DNA of 64,000 nucleotides. Source: Candidatus Nomurabacteria bacterium. Lineage in GTDB: Bacteria; Patescibacteriota; Minisyncoccia; Phycocordibacterales; JAACPR01. Under the pieces are notes generated by a model. It worked only from the letters and a program-made list of their open reading frames with translations, was not told the DNA's origin and searched no databases. The DNA lies in NCBI GenBank assembly GCA_020632215.1, contig JACKFZ010000004.1, positions 10,708 through 74,707 on the forward strand. The letters run 5' to 3'. A program made the translations under genes and the position numbers. Of this stretch, positions 8,260 to 17,309 are shown piece by piece; positions within the stretch are counted from its first letter, which is position 1; the number at the start of each line of letters is the position of its first letter.

Positions 8260-10686
8260 TTATTCAGAAATGACAATGCTGATTACTTTTTCTGGAATAT
8301 ATATGAATTTTGATATGGTTTTCTTCTCCAACCAACGAACCACTTCGGGGGTATTTTCGACAATTTTCTTGACCTGATCTTCATTAAAACCTTTCTCTAT
8401 CTCTATAACTCCTCTCAATTTACCATTAATCTGAACACCAATCTTCAAATTCTTTTCTTCAATTTTAGACAGGTCATATTCTGGCCATTTTTGATTACAT
8501 AAATACTCGGTATTACCCATTTGAATGTTAATTTCTTCTGTAATGTGTGGTGCGAATGGTGCAAGTAATAATATTAAAGTTTTATAATTTTCTTTGTTTA
8601 CAAAATCTTCTTTTTCAAGAGCATTTGTCAAAATCATCATTTGAGAAATTGCTGTGTTGAATGACATACTCGAGATATCTTCAGAAACTTTTTTTATAGT
8701 CTTGTGTAATATTTTTTCTATTTCATCAGAATTATTTTCCTCGGAAATTTTATTTTTTAATTTCCAAACTTTTTCCAAAAATCTTCTGGGGCCAACAACC
8801 CCATCTTCACTCCAACTAACACCTTGATCAAAAGGTCCCATGAACATTTCATAGACTCTCAAAGTATCTGCTCCCAATGTTTCGACAATATCATCAGGAT
8901 TAATAACATTACCCCATCTTTTACTCATTTTTCTTCCATCAGAGGCATTGATTAGCCCAACATGCTGTAGTTTGGTAAATGGTTCATCATAGTTCACTGC
9001 TCCAATATCAAATAAGAATTTATGCCAAAAACGAGCATATATCAAATGTCTTGTGGCATGTTCAGCACCACCAACATAAAGATCTACTGATGACCAATAT
9101 TTTTCTTTTTCTTTATCAACCAAAGCAGAGTCATTTTTGTTATCTTCAAATCTCAAGTAATACCAAGAAGAACCTGCCCATTGTGGCATTGTGTTTGTCT
9201 CTCTTTTACCTTCCCCACCACATTTTGGACATTTTGTATTGACCCATTCTGAAATATTAGCCAAAGGAGACTCACCTGTTCCTGTTGGTTCATAGGAATC
9301 AACTTCTGGAAGTTTTACTGGCAAGTCTGCTTCAGGTACTGCAACTGGCCCACATTTCTGACAATGAATAATTGGAATAGGCTCACCCCAATATCGCTGA
9401 CGTGAAAAAACCCAATCTCGAAGTTTGTAATTAGTAGCTTTTTTAGCAAGTCCTTCTTTTTCTAATTTTTCAATAATTTTTGGTCTAGCTTCTGCAGAAC
9501 TAAGGCTATCAAATTCTTCAGAGTTAATTAAGATTCCTTCTCCTTCAAAACAAGTGTTTAATTTTTCGACATCTTCTCTTTCTTCATTATTAGGAACAAT
9601 AGAAACTTTTAGCGGAATATTATATTTTTTAGCCAAATCAAAATCTCTTTGGTCATGAGCATCTGCAAAAACAGCTCCTGTTCCATATTGAAACAAAACA
9701 AAATCTGCTATCCAAACAGGAACTTCTTCTTTTGTTGCTGGATTTATGGCAATTACTCCTTTCAATTCAACTCCTGTCTTCTCTTTTTCAAGAGTTGTTC
9801 TATCTTTATCTTCTATTTTAGAGACGTCGTTTCGGTATTGTTCAACAAGTTCACTGTTTTCTATTTTATCCATTAAAGAATCAATGAGAGGATGTTCTGG
9901 TGCCAATATAATGAAGGTTCCAGAATAAATGGTATCTATTCTTGTTGTATAAATTGGAACTTCCAAATCAGAATCTTTTATTTTAAATATAACTTCTGCA
10001 CCTTCACTTTTTCCAATCCAATTTCTTTGTGATTCTTTAATAGATTCCGGCCAATCCAATTTTTCTACATCAGACAAAAGTCTGTCTGCATATTCACGGA
10101 TTTTCAAAACCCATTGTCTCAAAGGTTTTTTCTCAACCACAGTTCCACATCTCTCACATTTTCCATCTTCTACATCTTCATTTGCAAGACCTGTTTTACA
10201 TGAAGGACACCAATTGATTGGTTCATTTGATTCATAAGCAAGACCTTTTTCAAACATTTTTATAAAAGCCCATTGCGTCCATTTATAATAACTAGGATCA
10301 GTTGTATTTATCTCCCTACTCCAGTCATAGTTAAAACCTAACAGTTCAAGTTGTTTTTTGAACCTCTCTATATTCTGTTCTACAGCAATACGAGGATGAA
10401 TCTTGTTTTTAATAGCATAGTTTTCTGCTGGTAAACCAAAAGCATCCCAACCCATTGGATGTAGGATGTTGAAACCATTCATTTTTTTGTAGCGAGAAAC
10501 TATATCTGTTGCGATATATCCTTTTGGATGTCCAACATGTAGTCCGTCTCCTGATGGATATGGGAACATGTCTAAACAGTAGTATTTTGGCTTTGATGAG
10601 TCTTCCTCTGTTTTATAGATACCATCTTCCTGCCATTTCTTTCGCCATTTGGCCTCTATTTCTTTATGGTCATATGTATCTGACAT
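8260..10686 (-). CDS. leuS: Leucine--tRNA ligase
   Basis: 808 aa from the internal Met MSDTYDHKEIEAKWRKKWQ. It has HVGH-like (HPKGYIATD) and KMSKR (KMSKS) motifs. The 65-codon upstream extension in the ORF track runs into the GC-rich island and is rejected. Confidence 0.9.
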   Translation of the reverse strand: MSDTYDHKEIEAKWRKKWQEDGIYKTEEDSSKPKYYCLDMFPYPSGDGLHVGHPKGYIATDIVSRYKKMNGFNILHPMGWDAFGLPAENYAIKNKIHPRIAVEQNIERFKKQLELLGFNYDWSREINTTDPSYYKWTQWAFIKMFEKGLAYESNEPINWCPSCKTGLANEDVEDGKCERCGTVVEKKPLRQWVLKIREYADRLLSDVEKLDWPESIKESQRNWIGKSEGAEVIFKIKDSDLEVPIYTTRIDTIYSGTFIILAPEHPLIDSLMDKIENSELVEQYRNDVSKIEDKDRTTLEKEKTGVELKGVIAINPATKEEVPVWIADFVLFQYGTGAVFADAHDQRDFDLAKKYNIPLKVSIVPNNEEREDVEKLNTCFEGEGILINSEEFDSLSSAEARPKIIEKLEKEGLAKKATNYKLRDWVFSRQRYWGEPIPIIHCQKCGPVAVPEADLPVKLPEVDSYEPTGTGESPLANISEWVNTKCPKCGGEGKRETNTMPQWAGSSWYYLRFEDNKNDSALVDKEKEKYWSSVDLYVGGAEHATRHLIYARFWHKFLFDIGAVNYDEPFTKLQHVGLINASDGRKMSKRWGNVINPDDIVETLGADTLRVYEMFMGPFDQGVSWSEDGVVGPRRFLEKVWKLKNKISEENNSDEIEKILHKTIKKVSEDISSMSFNTAISQMMILTNALEKEDFVNKENYKTLILLLAPFAPHITEEINIQMGNTEYLCNQKWPEYDLSKIEEKNLKIGVQINGKLRGVIEIEKGFNEDQVKKIVENTPEVVRWLEKKTISKFIYIPEKVISIVISE

Positions 10687-10707
10687 AAGTGCTAAAACTA
10701 TACTATT

Positions 10708-10754
10708 TTTTAGGAAAAAATAAAAACTAGCCCGTCGCACTGTGGTGCGAGGGC
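10708..10754 (-). terminator. Intrinsic terminator after pyrE
   Basis: On the minus strand, the hairpin GCCCTCGCAC-CACA-GTGCGACGGGC is followed by TAGTTTTTATTTTTTCC. Confidence 0.6.
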
Positions 10755-10789
10755 AGTGGCTTCGAAAATTCCTTTCTGAATTTGAAATT

Positions 10790-11520
10790 TCAAGCTTGTC
10801 CCGTGAGCTGGGCCCAATTATCTCTGCTCTTTGGGGAGCCTCTGAGAATTTTAGATCCTGCCTCACAGAGAGGGCACCCATCCGCAGGAGACCATTTGGG
10901 CATCACGGGCAGATCCCGTTTTTTGAGAAGAGAGATGACTTTGTATCCTTCGATTTCGGTCGCATCAGACCGATTCACCAAAGCCAGGATGAAGCGTGCT
11001 ATTTTTGCTCCTTCCTTTTTTCCTGCACGGACTGTCTTAATAACGCTTCCACCCGTGGTAGTGACGTCTTCGCAGAGAATCAACATCTCTCTAGGAAAAA
11101 CTGGCGTTGTGTCAAAGGCCATGATTTCGCCCTCTTTTTCATCGAACCTTTTTTCAGCGAAGGAAGTTCTGCAGTCTAGACCAAACATCTGGGTGATGTT
11201 TCGGCCAATACCATCCGCGAGAGTAATAGCTCCCATTGCCGGGCCAACAGCTCGAAGCTTCTCTTTGCGGATGAGTTCCAGAAAGCCCTGGAATTCTTCC
11301 TTGCACAGGAGATCGTGACAGGCTCTTGGTCCAAAATGTGAGGATTCCCTCCCAGCAGCCTACTGTTGATGTATCCTGAGGAATGATAGCCTGAGGCTAA
11401 CATAAAGTGTGGAAGCGTTGGATCTTCCCAACGTTCTTCTGGCCGGACAAAGATGACACGTTCTTTTTGGTAAGTCTCAAGCCAACCTGCCGCGTCTCTT
11501 ATAGGTTTACATGTTTCCAT
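10790..11520 (-). pseudogene. pyrE: Orotate phosphoribosyltransferase, split by a frameshift near 11340-11360 (pseudogene, programmed shift or sequencing error)
   Basis: The N-terminal ORF (11176..11520) has FMLASGYHSSGYINSRLL, matching PyrE FTLKSGRKSPYFFNAGLF. The C-terminal frame, open from 11359, has LRAVGPAMGAITLADGIG...MLILCEDVTTTGGSV (PRPP-binding motif). The two frames overlap, consistent with a single +1/-1 shift. Confidence 0.65.
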
Positions 11521-11552
11521 AGCTTTATCTTTTTTCGAAGTTCAAATCTGCA

Positions 11553-11590
11553 CACTTTCAAGGCGGTGCGTTGCCTGTTCAATCTGAGAT
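11553..11590. repeat. ~38-bp element CACACTTTCAAGGCGGTGCGTTGCCTGTTCAA(A)TCTGA, copy 1 (upstream of pyrE)
   Basis: The same element recurs at 12481-12520 upstream of pyrF. It contains a TTCAA...TTCAA direct repeat and the minus-strand sequence TTGAAC. Confidence 0.75.
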
Positions 11591-11604
11591 CAGTATACAC
11601 AAAA

Positions 11605-11654
11605 AGTTATGAAAATAAATAAAGATAGCCCGCGACACATCACTGCGTTGCGGA
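11605..11654 (-). terminator. Intrinsic terminator after pyrF
   Basis: The minus-strand hairpin CCGCAAC...GTCGCGG is followed by a T/A-rich tract. It begins TAGCCCG like the pyrE terminator. Confidence 0.5.
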
Positions 11655-11678
11655 CAAAAATTTCTATTCGTAGAGATT

Positions 11679-12452
11679 TCAGTTACATACCGAACGAATC
11701 TCCTCGATGGTTCTGAGAACAGCTTCACGTGGATTTTCCGATCGGATGATGGGTCTGCCGATCACTATCCTCGTAGCTCCGGCCTCAATCGCCTTTGCTG
11801 GTGTCATAATGCGGTCGGGGTTCTGATCGTCTCCTTCGACTACAGACCAAAGTGGCCGGATGGCAGGAGTGTTGAACGAAAACATCGTTTCAAACTTCTG
11901 CCTCAATGGATCCAACTCTTTGGCTGAGGAAACCAGTCCTCCTATACCAGCCCGTGAGCCCCAGTGTGCGCAACGCAACACGGCTTGTTCTGTGGAGCAG
12001 GTAAAGAGAGCGTCACTATCACTCTCGGCGAAAGTGGTCAGAACAGTGACGCCAACAACTTCGGTCTCTGGCAGCTCTGCTTTCAGAGCCTGCATAGCCT
12101 CGACCCCCGTGCTGCAAACCACGGTCACGATTTCAGGAGAGCTTTCATTGAGAAAGAAACCGTCAAAACCGAGCGTGTGCCCGATGTCAAAAAGTTTCAG
12201 ATCAGCAAAAACCCGGAGGCCTCGATCATGGATCTCGTCGATGAGGTCATACCCACAAGCTCGGAGTGCGGAATTAACCTTGAGATAGACCCCCGTCCCA
12301 TGCAACTTGTCAGCAAGAGAGAGAACTTGTTCTTTGACCCACACTCTTGCTTTTTTCGGGGTGATAAGTTTCCTCTCATTCTTTACCTCTTCTGCGGACG
12401 GCTTAAAGTCTGCAGCAACAATCAGTCGTTCTTCTGGTTTCAATTCTTTCAT
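11679..12452 (-). CDS. pyrF: Orotidine 5'-phosphate decarboxylase
   Basis: Motifs LIVAADF, DLKLFDIGHT and RIVIGRPI. A strong SD AAGGAGG sits 7 nt upstream of the ATG at 12452; the GTG at 12482 in the track is an upstream extension. GC content is about 50%. Confidence 0.85.
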   Translation of the reverse strand: MKELKPEERLIVAADFKPSAEEVKNERKLITPKKARVWVKEQVLSLADKLHGTGVYLKVNSALRACGYDLIDEIHDRGLRVFADLKLFDIGHTLGFDGFFLNESSPEIVTVVCSTGVEAMQALKAELPETEVVGVTVLTTFAESDSDALFTCSTEQAVLRCAHWGSRAGIGGLVSSAKELDPLRQKFETMFSFNTPAIRPLWSVVEGDDQNPDRIMTPAKAIEAGATRIVIGRPIIRSENPREAVLRTIEEIRSVCN

Positions 12453-12480
12453 GAGAAATCCCTCCTTGAATTTCGTTGAC

Positions 12481-12520
12481 ACACTTTCAAGGCGGTGCGT
12501 TGCCTGTTCAAATCTGATGT
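12481..12520. repeat. ~38-bp element, copy 2 (upstream of pyrF)
   Basis: Near-identical to 11553-11590. Confidence 0.75.
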
Positions 12521-12625
12521 AAAGATATATAAAAAAGAGGATTTAAGCAATAACCTCAGTCCCTTTACTTTATTCTTTTGGGTCTTATAATAAAAATCAC
12601 ATTAATTAACATTTTTTATATTTAT

Positions 12626-12862
12626 ATGACGGAAAAAGGTCTTGAACAATTAGACTCTAGTGAAGAACTAAGAACTGCCATGGAAGAGGCTTTTAAGAAC
12701 TTATCTAATCTACAAAGAAGACACTCAGACGCAATGAGAGCTTGTGGAGATGATAAAGAAAAATTACTTGATACTATCAGGGCCAATAAAGCAGATATTG
12801 AAGAAGCGATGCGTCAATATCAATTATCACTCGATGAATTTGTAGGCTTATTAGAAAAATAA
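12626..12862 (+). CDS. Hypothetical small protein (78 aa, helical and charged)
   Basis: The ORF is taken from the internal ATG (MTEKGLEQL...). A TATAAT box at 12589 lies inside the longer track ORF. No family. Confidence 0.4.
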   Translation: MTEKGLEQLDSSEELRTAMEEAFKNLSNLQRRHSDAMRACGDDKEKLLDTIRANKADIEEAMRQYQLSLDEFVGLLEK

Positions 12863-12996
12863 GTCACACAAAGAGATTGTTTATACCTCAGGAATTCTCA
12901 TTTTATTTATATCTTAAATAGATCCTACCTAGCCCCCCGTCCTGTTGGACGGCCTAGGGAAAAGTCAATTGCTACGCAAGGCTTCAGGACGACGTG

Positions 12997-14094
12997 TTAA
13001 ACTTTAAACTCAATAACATCACCATCCTTAACGATATATTCTTTCCCTTCTAGCCTAATCCAACCTCTTTCTTTCGCCTTTGCATGCGAGCCAGCCTCTA
13101 GAAGTTTGTCCCATTCAATAATATCTGCTTTGATAAATTTTGTTTCAAAATCAGAGTGAATAGCACGACCTGCTTGCGGTGCGGTAGAATCTCTTTTGGT
13201 TGTCCAAGCTCTTGTTTCTTTTTCACCAGTTGTGAAATATGTTATTAGATCAAGAAGTTCATATCCTTTTTTGATAAGTTCATCCAATCCCCCATCTTCC
13301 ATACCCATATCTTTTTTAAAAGCTTCTTTTTCCCCAGCATTAAAATCTTTCATGTCTTGTTCTATGGCTGCATCCACTTTTACAAAAATAGCATCATTTT
13401 CTCTAAAATACTCTATCAAAAATTTATACCTAGGATCCTCTGTCTCATCTAAATTTGTCGCACCTGTTTTTTTATTCAAAACATACATCATTGGTTTGCT
13501 TGTTAACAAATGCAAACTTTTGACCAAAGGTTTTTCTTCTTCTGTTAGAGAAAGAGAAGAAGCCAACTTTCCATCTTTCAAAATAGTTTCTAATTTGATC
13601 AAAAGATCATTCTCAAGAACTGCTTTTTTGTCTCCTCTCTTCACATCTTTTCCTATGCTTGCGATTCTGTTTGCAACTGTTTGAGCATCAGCCATTATAA
13701 GTTCAAGATTGATAACTCCAATGTCACCAAGTGGATCAACTTCACCATGAACATGTGTAATGTCTTGATCTTCAAAAATTCTGACAACTTGAGCAATAGC
13801 ATCTGTTTCTCGTATATGTGCCAAAAACTTATTTCCCAACCCTTCTCCATCTGCGGCACCTTTTACCAGACCTGCAATATCTGTAAACTCTACAACTGCT
13901 GGAATAGTTTTTTCTGTTTTGCTAAATTCTGCAAGTTTATACAAACGATTGTCAGGAACAGGAACAATGCCGACTGATGGATCGATAGTACAAAAAGGAT
14001 AATTTTCAGCAGGAATAGACTTCTTTGTTAAAGCGTTAAATAAGGTTGATTTTCCAACATTTGGAAGTCCGACTATACCGACTGATAAACTCAT
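12997..14094 (-). CDS. ychF: Ribosome-binding ATPase YchF (Obg-family GTPase)
   Basis: G1 motif GLPNVGKST, a TGS-like C-terminus, 365 aa. Confidence 0.9.
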   Translation of the reverse strand: MSLSVGIVGLPNVGKSTLFNALTKKSIPAENYPFCTIDPSVGIVPVPDNRLYKLAEFSKTEKTIPAVVEFTDIAGLVKGAADGEGLGNKFLAHIRETDAIAQVVRIFEDQDITHVHGEVDPLGDIGVINLELIMADAQTVANRIASIGKDVKRGDKKAVLENDLLIKLETILKDGKLASSLSLTEEEKPLVKSLHLLTSKPMMYVLNKKTGATNLDETEDPRYKFLIEYFRENDAIFVKVDAAIEQDMKDFNAGEKEAFKKDMGMEDGGLDELIKKGYELLDLITYFTTGEKETRAWTTKRDSTAPQAGRAIHSDFETKFIKADIIEWDKLLEAGSHAKAKERGWIRLEGKEYIVKDGDVIEFKV

Positions 14095-14209
14095 GCGATA
14101 GATATTAACTTATAGAAGGATTCTCAGCAATTTTATTATACTTGACTTACTATAATACTAGTTGTATTGTTCAGTTTAGCAGGCGTTCTTTTAACATCAA
14201 AAAACAGAG

Positions 14210-14617
14210 GTGCTCGCCTATCCTCACAACCCAAAAACAACAATGAAAATAAGAAAGTTCTGGAACTTGATTCGTTGCCACATCCTCCTAAGACAAATTC
14301 GTAAAGTTCTTTTGGACGTACGAATTGTTGCGCACAAGGACTGCATCGAGTTATCTGTTCAAGATGTGTACATAGTCACAATCGACAGAAGAGACTACCT
14401 CACATGTGAATTGGAAGGTGACTTTGACTGGGCTGCGAAGTTCATCGAAGATAACACGCACCACCTAGATCCTAAAACAGGATCGAGAGTCCCTTGGTTT
14501 GTGTATGAGGATGATTGTGTAGATCTCTATGAACTTCAAACATTGTGGTGGGATGCCCACGATGCCATTATGCTGAGAGAAATCATTTCTCTTAGTTATT
14601 TGCGAATCGAAAATTGA
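14210..14617 (+). CDS. Hypothetical protein (135 aa; GTG start, or 124 aa from ATG 14243)
   Basis: ORF in a gene-poor patch of moderately elevated GC. A plus-strand terminator follows at 14703-14733. Confidence 0.35.
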   Translation: MLAYPHNPKTTMKIRKFWNLIRCHILLRQIRKVLLDVRIVAHKDCIELSVQDVYIVTIDRRDYLTCELEGDFDWAAKFIEDNTHHLDPKTGSRVPWFVYEDDCVDLYELQTLWWDAHDAIMLREIISLSYLRIEN

Positions 14618-14702
14618 TTCGTATTAGATAGGTACTTTTTGGTTTTGATTTTTTAAGAATGTTGTGTTAAGAATAAAAAGTTGAACGAACAGTTCAAAGA
14701 CA

Positions 14703-14733
14703 CCGAGGCATAGCTTCGGCATTTTTTATTTTA
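14703..14733 (+). terminator. Intrinsic terminator
   Basis: CCGAGGC-ATA-GCTTCGG followed by CATTTTTTATTTT. Confidence 0.65.
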
Positions 14734-14862
14734 AATAGGTATTAATTATTTCTTTTGAATTTCTTATACCAGTTTTTGAAGCTCGTCTTTAGATCCTTCA
14801 AAACTATCTTACACCGCAGGTTTTGCGTTTGTGCGATTGAGGTGTTAATTCAGCTATTATAC

Positions 14863-14891
14863 TTGACTTTGCTTAGATAATGTATTATTAT
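14863..14891 (+). promoter_or_regulatory. Sigma70-type promoter TTGACT-17 nt-TATTAT
   Basis: Exact consensus spacing, read directly. It lies ~40 nt upstream of the 14930 ORF. Confidence 0.55.
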
Positions 14892-14929
14892 ATGAAAAAT
14901 TTTCACTGAACCTTAATCAACCCAAAACC

Positions 14930-15154
14930 ATGATAACTGAAGACTCCATTATCGCCACTCTCGGCCAACCTGATAGCGCCGGTTACTGGCGCATCTCCAA
15001 CGAAACCTTCGAGCAAAATTCCGAGCTTTTGTACAAAGCCAGGAGCGAAGGACTTCTCGAAATCACGGATATGAGCCAAGATACTGCTGATCCTCCCGGA
15101 GGGAGTATCCCGATCTATGATCCTGATGCGGGGTACAGCATCATTCTCAACTGA
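14930..15154 (+). CDS. Hypothetical small protein (74 aa), GC-rich
   Basis: Flanked by the promoter at 14863 and the terminator at 15184 on the same strand. The overlapping minus-strand ORF 14903..15181 is treated as the alternative. Confidence 0.35.
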   Translation: MITEDSIIATLGQPDSAGYWRISNETFEQNSELLYKARSEGLLEITDMSQDTADPPGGSIPIYDPDAGYSIILN

Positions 15155-15183
15155 ATCGTGCGGACACGACAGCAGGGTCACGA

Positions 15184-15224
15184 GGGAGTTTGTGGGATCT
15201 ACCCCCTACTCCCCTTTTTATTTC
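15184..15224 (+). terminator. Intrinsic terminator
   Basis: Stem GGGAGT...ACTCCC followed by CTTTTTATTT. Confidence 0.5.
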
Positions 15225-15451
15225 CTCTGCACTTGTTGCACTAATTGTTGCAACTCATTCTTGTGAGCCATCATCACTTGCATAGTAGCTACTTGTTGAT
15301 CTAAACCTTTCTTTTGTTTCTCTTTTATCTCTTTAGAAATCTGAGTAAACAACTTTGGATTTTTCTCCACAAGAGCCATTATCATCTCCTGTTGATCTTT
15401 TGGAACATTTTTTAATTGTGCTTTTAACAAAGCTTTGGTGAAAAAATTCAT
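15218..15451 (-). CDS. Hypothetical small protein (77 aa, Q/K-rich)
   Basis: ORF track entry with no family. Confidence 0.35.
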   Translation of the reverse strand: MNFFTKALLKAQLKNVPKDQQEMIMALVEKNPKLFTQISKEIKEKQKKGLDQQVATMQVMMAHKNELQQLVQQVQRK

Positions 15452-15498
15452 AGTCTGTAAATATTAAATATTAAGTGATAATTAGTCAAATTATAGTA

Positions 15499-15551
15499 GA
15501 CGTCAGACATCAGGCATCAGCAGTGAATTATTGATCCTGATATCTGACGTC
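15499..15551. repeat. Inverted repeat with 16-bp arms GACGTCAGACATCAGG / CCTGATATCTGACGTC (1 mismatch), ~21-nt spacer
   Basis: Read directly. It lies between two minus-strand small genes. Confidence 0.7.
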
Positions 15552-15561
15552 TGATGTCTAG

Positions 15562-15801
15562 TTATGGTCTATAATTTTCAATTAGTGCTTTGAAACCTTT
15601 GGCAATATCTCCAATAATTGGCAAATAGCCTAAAACATTCAATATTACTCCCAGAATGAAGATGACAATTGCAGCACCAACAACAGTTCCTACACCATGT
15701 ATGGTACCCATCAAAAGCATTTTCCACCAAGGATATATTCGAGCATCTATTCGATCAATCTTTTTACCTAACTCTTTTAGAAATGCATTTTCTTTAGACA
15801 T
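15562..15801 (-). CDS. Small membrane protein (79 aa)
   Basis: One long hydrophobic segment (GTIHGVGTVVGAAIVIFILGVILNVLGYLPIIG). Confidence 0.45.
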   Translation of the reverse strand: MSKENAFLKELGKKIDRIDARIYPWWKMLLMGTIHGVGTVVGAAIVIFILGVILNVLGYLPIIGDIAKGFKALIENYRP

Positions 15802-15803
15802 AG

Positions 15804-16121
15804 TTACTGATTTTTGCCACCCTTATACTCTCCCACTTCTCCCAATCCTTCTGATTCGTAAACTATGCCGATATCATTATTTTTCTCTTTCAAGTTGATG
15901 TTTTCCTTTTTTAATTTTCTAAGAGAAGAATTTGTTCTAAAAATTGAAGGTGTCAAAAGTAATATAGCGATAATAAAACCAATCAGAAGTGAGGATAAAA
16001 TCACAAGAGCCAGAGAACCTTCAAAATCAAAGCTTAGAAATTTAACTGCTACAAAATCTGTATTTTGAAAAGCAAAAATTAGAGAGATGCCGACAACAAC
16101 AATTCCTATAATAATAGACAT
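15804..16121 (-). CDS. LapA/DUF1049-like small membrane protein (105 aa)
   Basis: Two TM helices followed by a coiled K/E-rich tail, the typical LapA-domain organisation. Confidence 0.45.
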   Translation of the reverse strand: MSIIIGIVVVGISLIFAFQNTDFVAVKFLSFDFEGSLALVILSSLLIGFIIAILLLTPSIFRTNSSLRKLKKENINLKEKNNDIGIVYESEGLGEVGEYKGGKNQ

Positions 16122-16222
16122 AACATCAAAAGTATATCAAATTTACTCACGAACCAGAAAATGTTTCTGAGGATAATTTATAAAAATTTTTATCTGATAA
16201 ATTATTTTCGGTTCAGGGTCTG

Positions 16223-17176
16223 TTATTTTAAATAATAACTAACATTCTGTTTGTGACGATCATAAGTTGTGGAGCAGTGAATATTTTTATTTTTATCATG
16301 TAAATAGAAAATACAACTTGTATCTGTTGGATCGAGAGCTGCTGCAATGGCAGATTTTCCTGGATTTGAAATTGGTCCAGGAGGTAACCCAATATTTTTA
16401 TAAGTATTGTAAGGAGATTCCAGATACTTATCATCAGACTTTACTCTAGGCCACCAAACTTCCTCGTTTCCTTTGATGTATTGAAGTGTTGCATCTATCT
16501 GCAGTGGCATATCATTGAATAATCTATTCCAAATAATTCCAGATATTAATCTCATATCCGATTTACCTGCTGCTTCTCTTTGTATTAACGATGCAATATT
16601 AACTACCTGTGAAATATTTAAAACATTCTCATCAGGCTCCTGTAACATTTCAGAAACATGTTTAATTAAGTTTTCTTTCATCTCTTCTTTTATTATCTTG
16701 ACTGGCTCATCTTTGTGCACCAAGTATGTTCCAGGAAAAAGGAATCCTTCACCAGAAGTTAGAGGACAGAGAGGGAAAGTTTTGATAAATTCTGCTTTTT
16801 TATTGTCAGACCAATCCAGCTCTTTGGCAAAAACTTCTGCTATTTCTTCCAGTCTTAAACCTTCTTGTATAGTGACGTAGCGATATTCGGGATTACTAAT
16901 CTCAGCTTCCAAGGCTAGTGCCCCCATCCCTTTTTTCAAAGAATAAGCTCCGGGAACTATCTCTTTGCCGAGTTTTGTCATTAAAACTAGGCTCCAATAA
17001 GAAATTTTATTGCTGATATATCCTCTATTATTCAAATCATCAACAACACTTCGAGAGTCTAATCCGTGTGGCACAACCACAATCTGTTCTGGCTTACTTT
17101 GATCATAAGAATAGAAAAGTGAAAAAGCGATCACTAAAACTAAAAAGTATCTCAAATGTCTTGAGAATGTTCTCAT
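16223..17176 (-). CDS. mltG: MltG/YceG-like endolytic transglycosylase, second paralog
   Basis: YNTYKNIGLPPGPISNPG motif, N-terminal TM, 317 aa. Confidence 0.8.
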   Translation of the reverse strand: MRTFSRHLRYFLVLVIAFSLFYSYDQSKPEQIVVVPHGLDSRSVVDDLNNRGYISNKISYWSLVLMTKLGKEIVPGAYSLKKGMGALALEAEISNPEYRYVTIQEGLRLEEIAEVFAKELDWSDNKKAEFIKTFPLCPLTSGEGFLFPGTYLVHKDEPVKIIKEEMKENLIKHVSEMLQEPDENVLNISQVVNIASLIQREAAGKSDMRLISGIIWNRLFNDMPLQIDATLQYIKGNEEVWWPRVKSDDKYLESPYNTYKNIGLPPGPISNPGKSAIAAALDPTDTSCIFYLHDKNKNIHCSTTYDRHKQNVSYYLK

Positions 17177-17227
17177 TGCTTAAATTATATCTTAGAAAGA
17201 GAATTTTGTTGTGGGGAAAATCCTTAG

Positions 17228-17300
17228 TGGACCATAGCGGACTTGAACCGCTCACCTCACCCATGCCATGGGTGCGCTCTACCAGATGAGCTAATGGCCC
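17228..17300 (-). tRNA. tRNA-Ala(GGC)
   Basis: Acceptor GGGCCAT with a G3:U70 pair. D-arm GCTC-ATCTGGTA-GAGC, anticodon stem CACCC/GGGTG with loop ATGGCAT, T-arm AGCGG-TTCAAGT-CCGCT. No CCA encoded. Confidence 0.8.
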
Positions 17301-17309
17301 TTTATCAAT

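Noticed and set aside
8260-10881. 873-aa version of leuS with a 65-codon N-terminal extension
   Set aside because: The extension runs into the GC-rich island and has no LeuRS similarity. The internal Met (MSDTYDHKEIEAKW) matches the conserved LeuRS N-terminus.
10742-11318. Plus-strand ORFs 10742..11179 and 10782..11318 (145 and 178 aa)
   Set aside because: They lie antisense to the pyrE reading frames inside a GC-rich island where long spurious ORFs are expected. They have no motifs, and pyrE homology on the other strand explains the region.
10700-12540. Integron gene cassettes (attC sites) for the pyrE/pyrF units
   Set aside because: The hairpins lack the GTTRRRY core and R''/L''/L'/R' architecture and are followed by T-tracts, so they are ordinary intrinsic terminators. 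No intI is nearby.
14903-15181. Minus-strand 92-aa ORF overlapping the 14930..15154 plus ORF
   Set aside because: The plus-strand unit is bracketed by a consensus promoter and a terminator on its own strand, and the minus ORF has neither. It is still uncertain, so the plus call is low-confidence.
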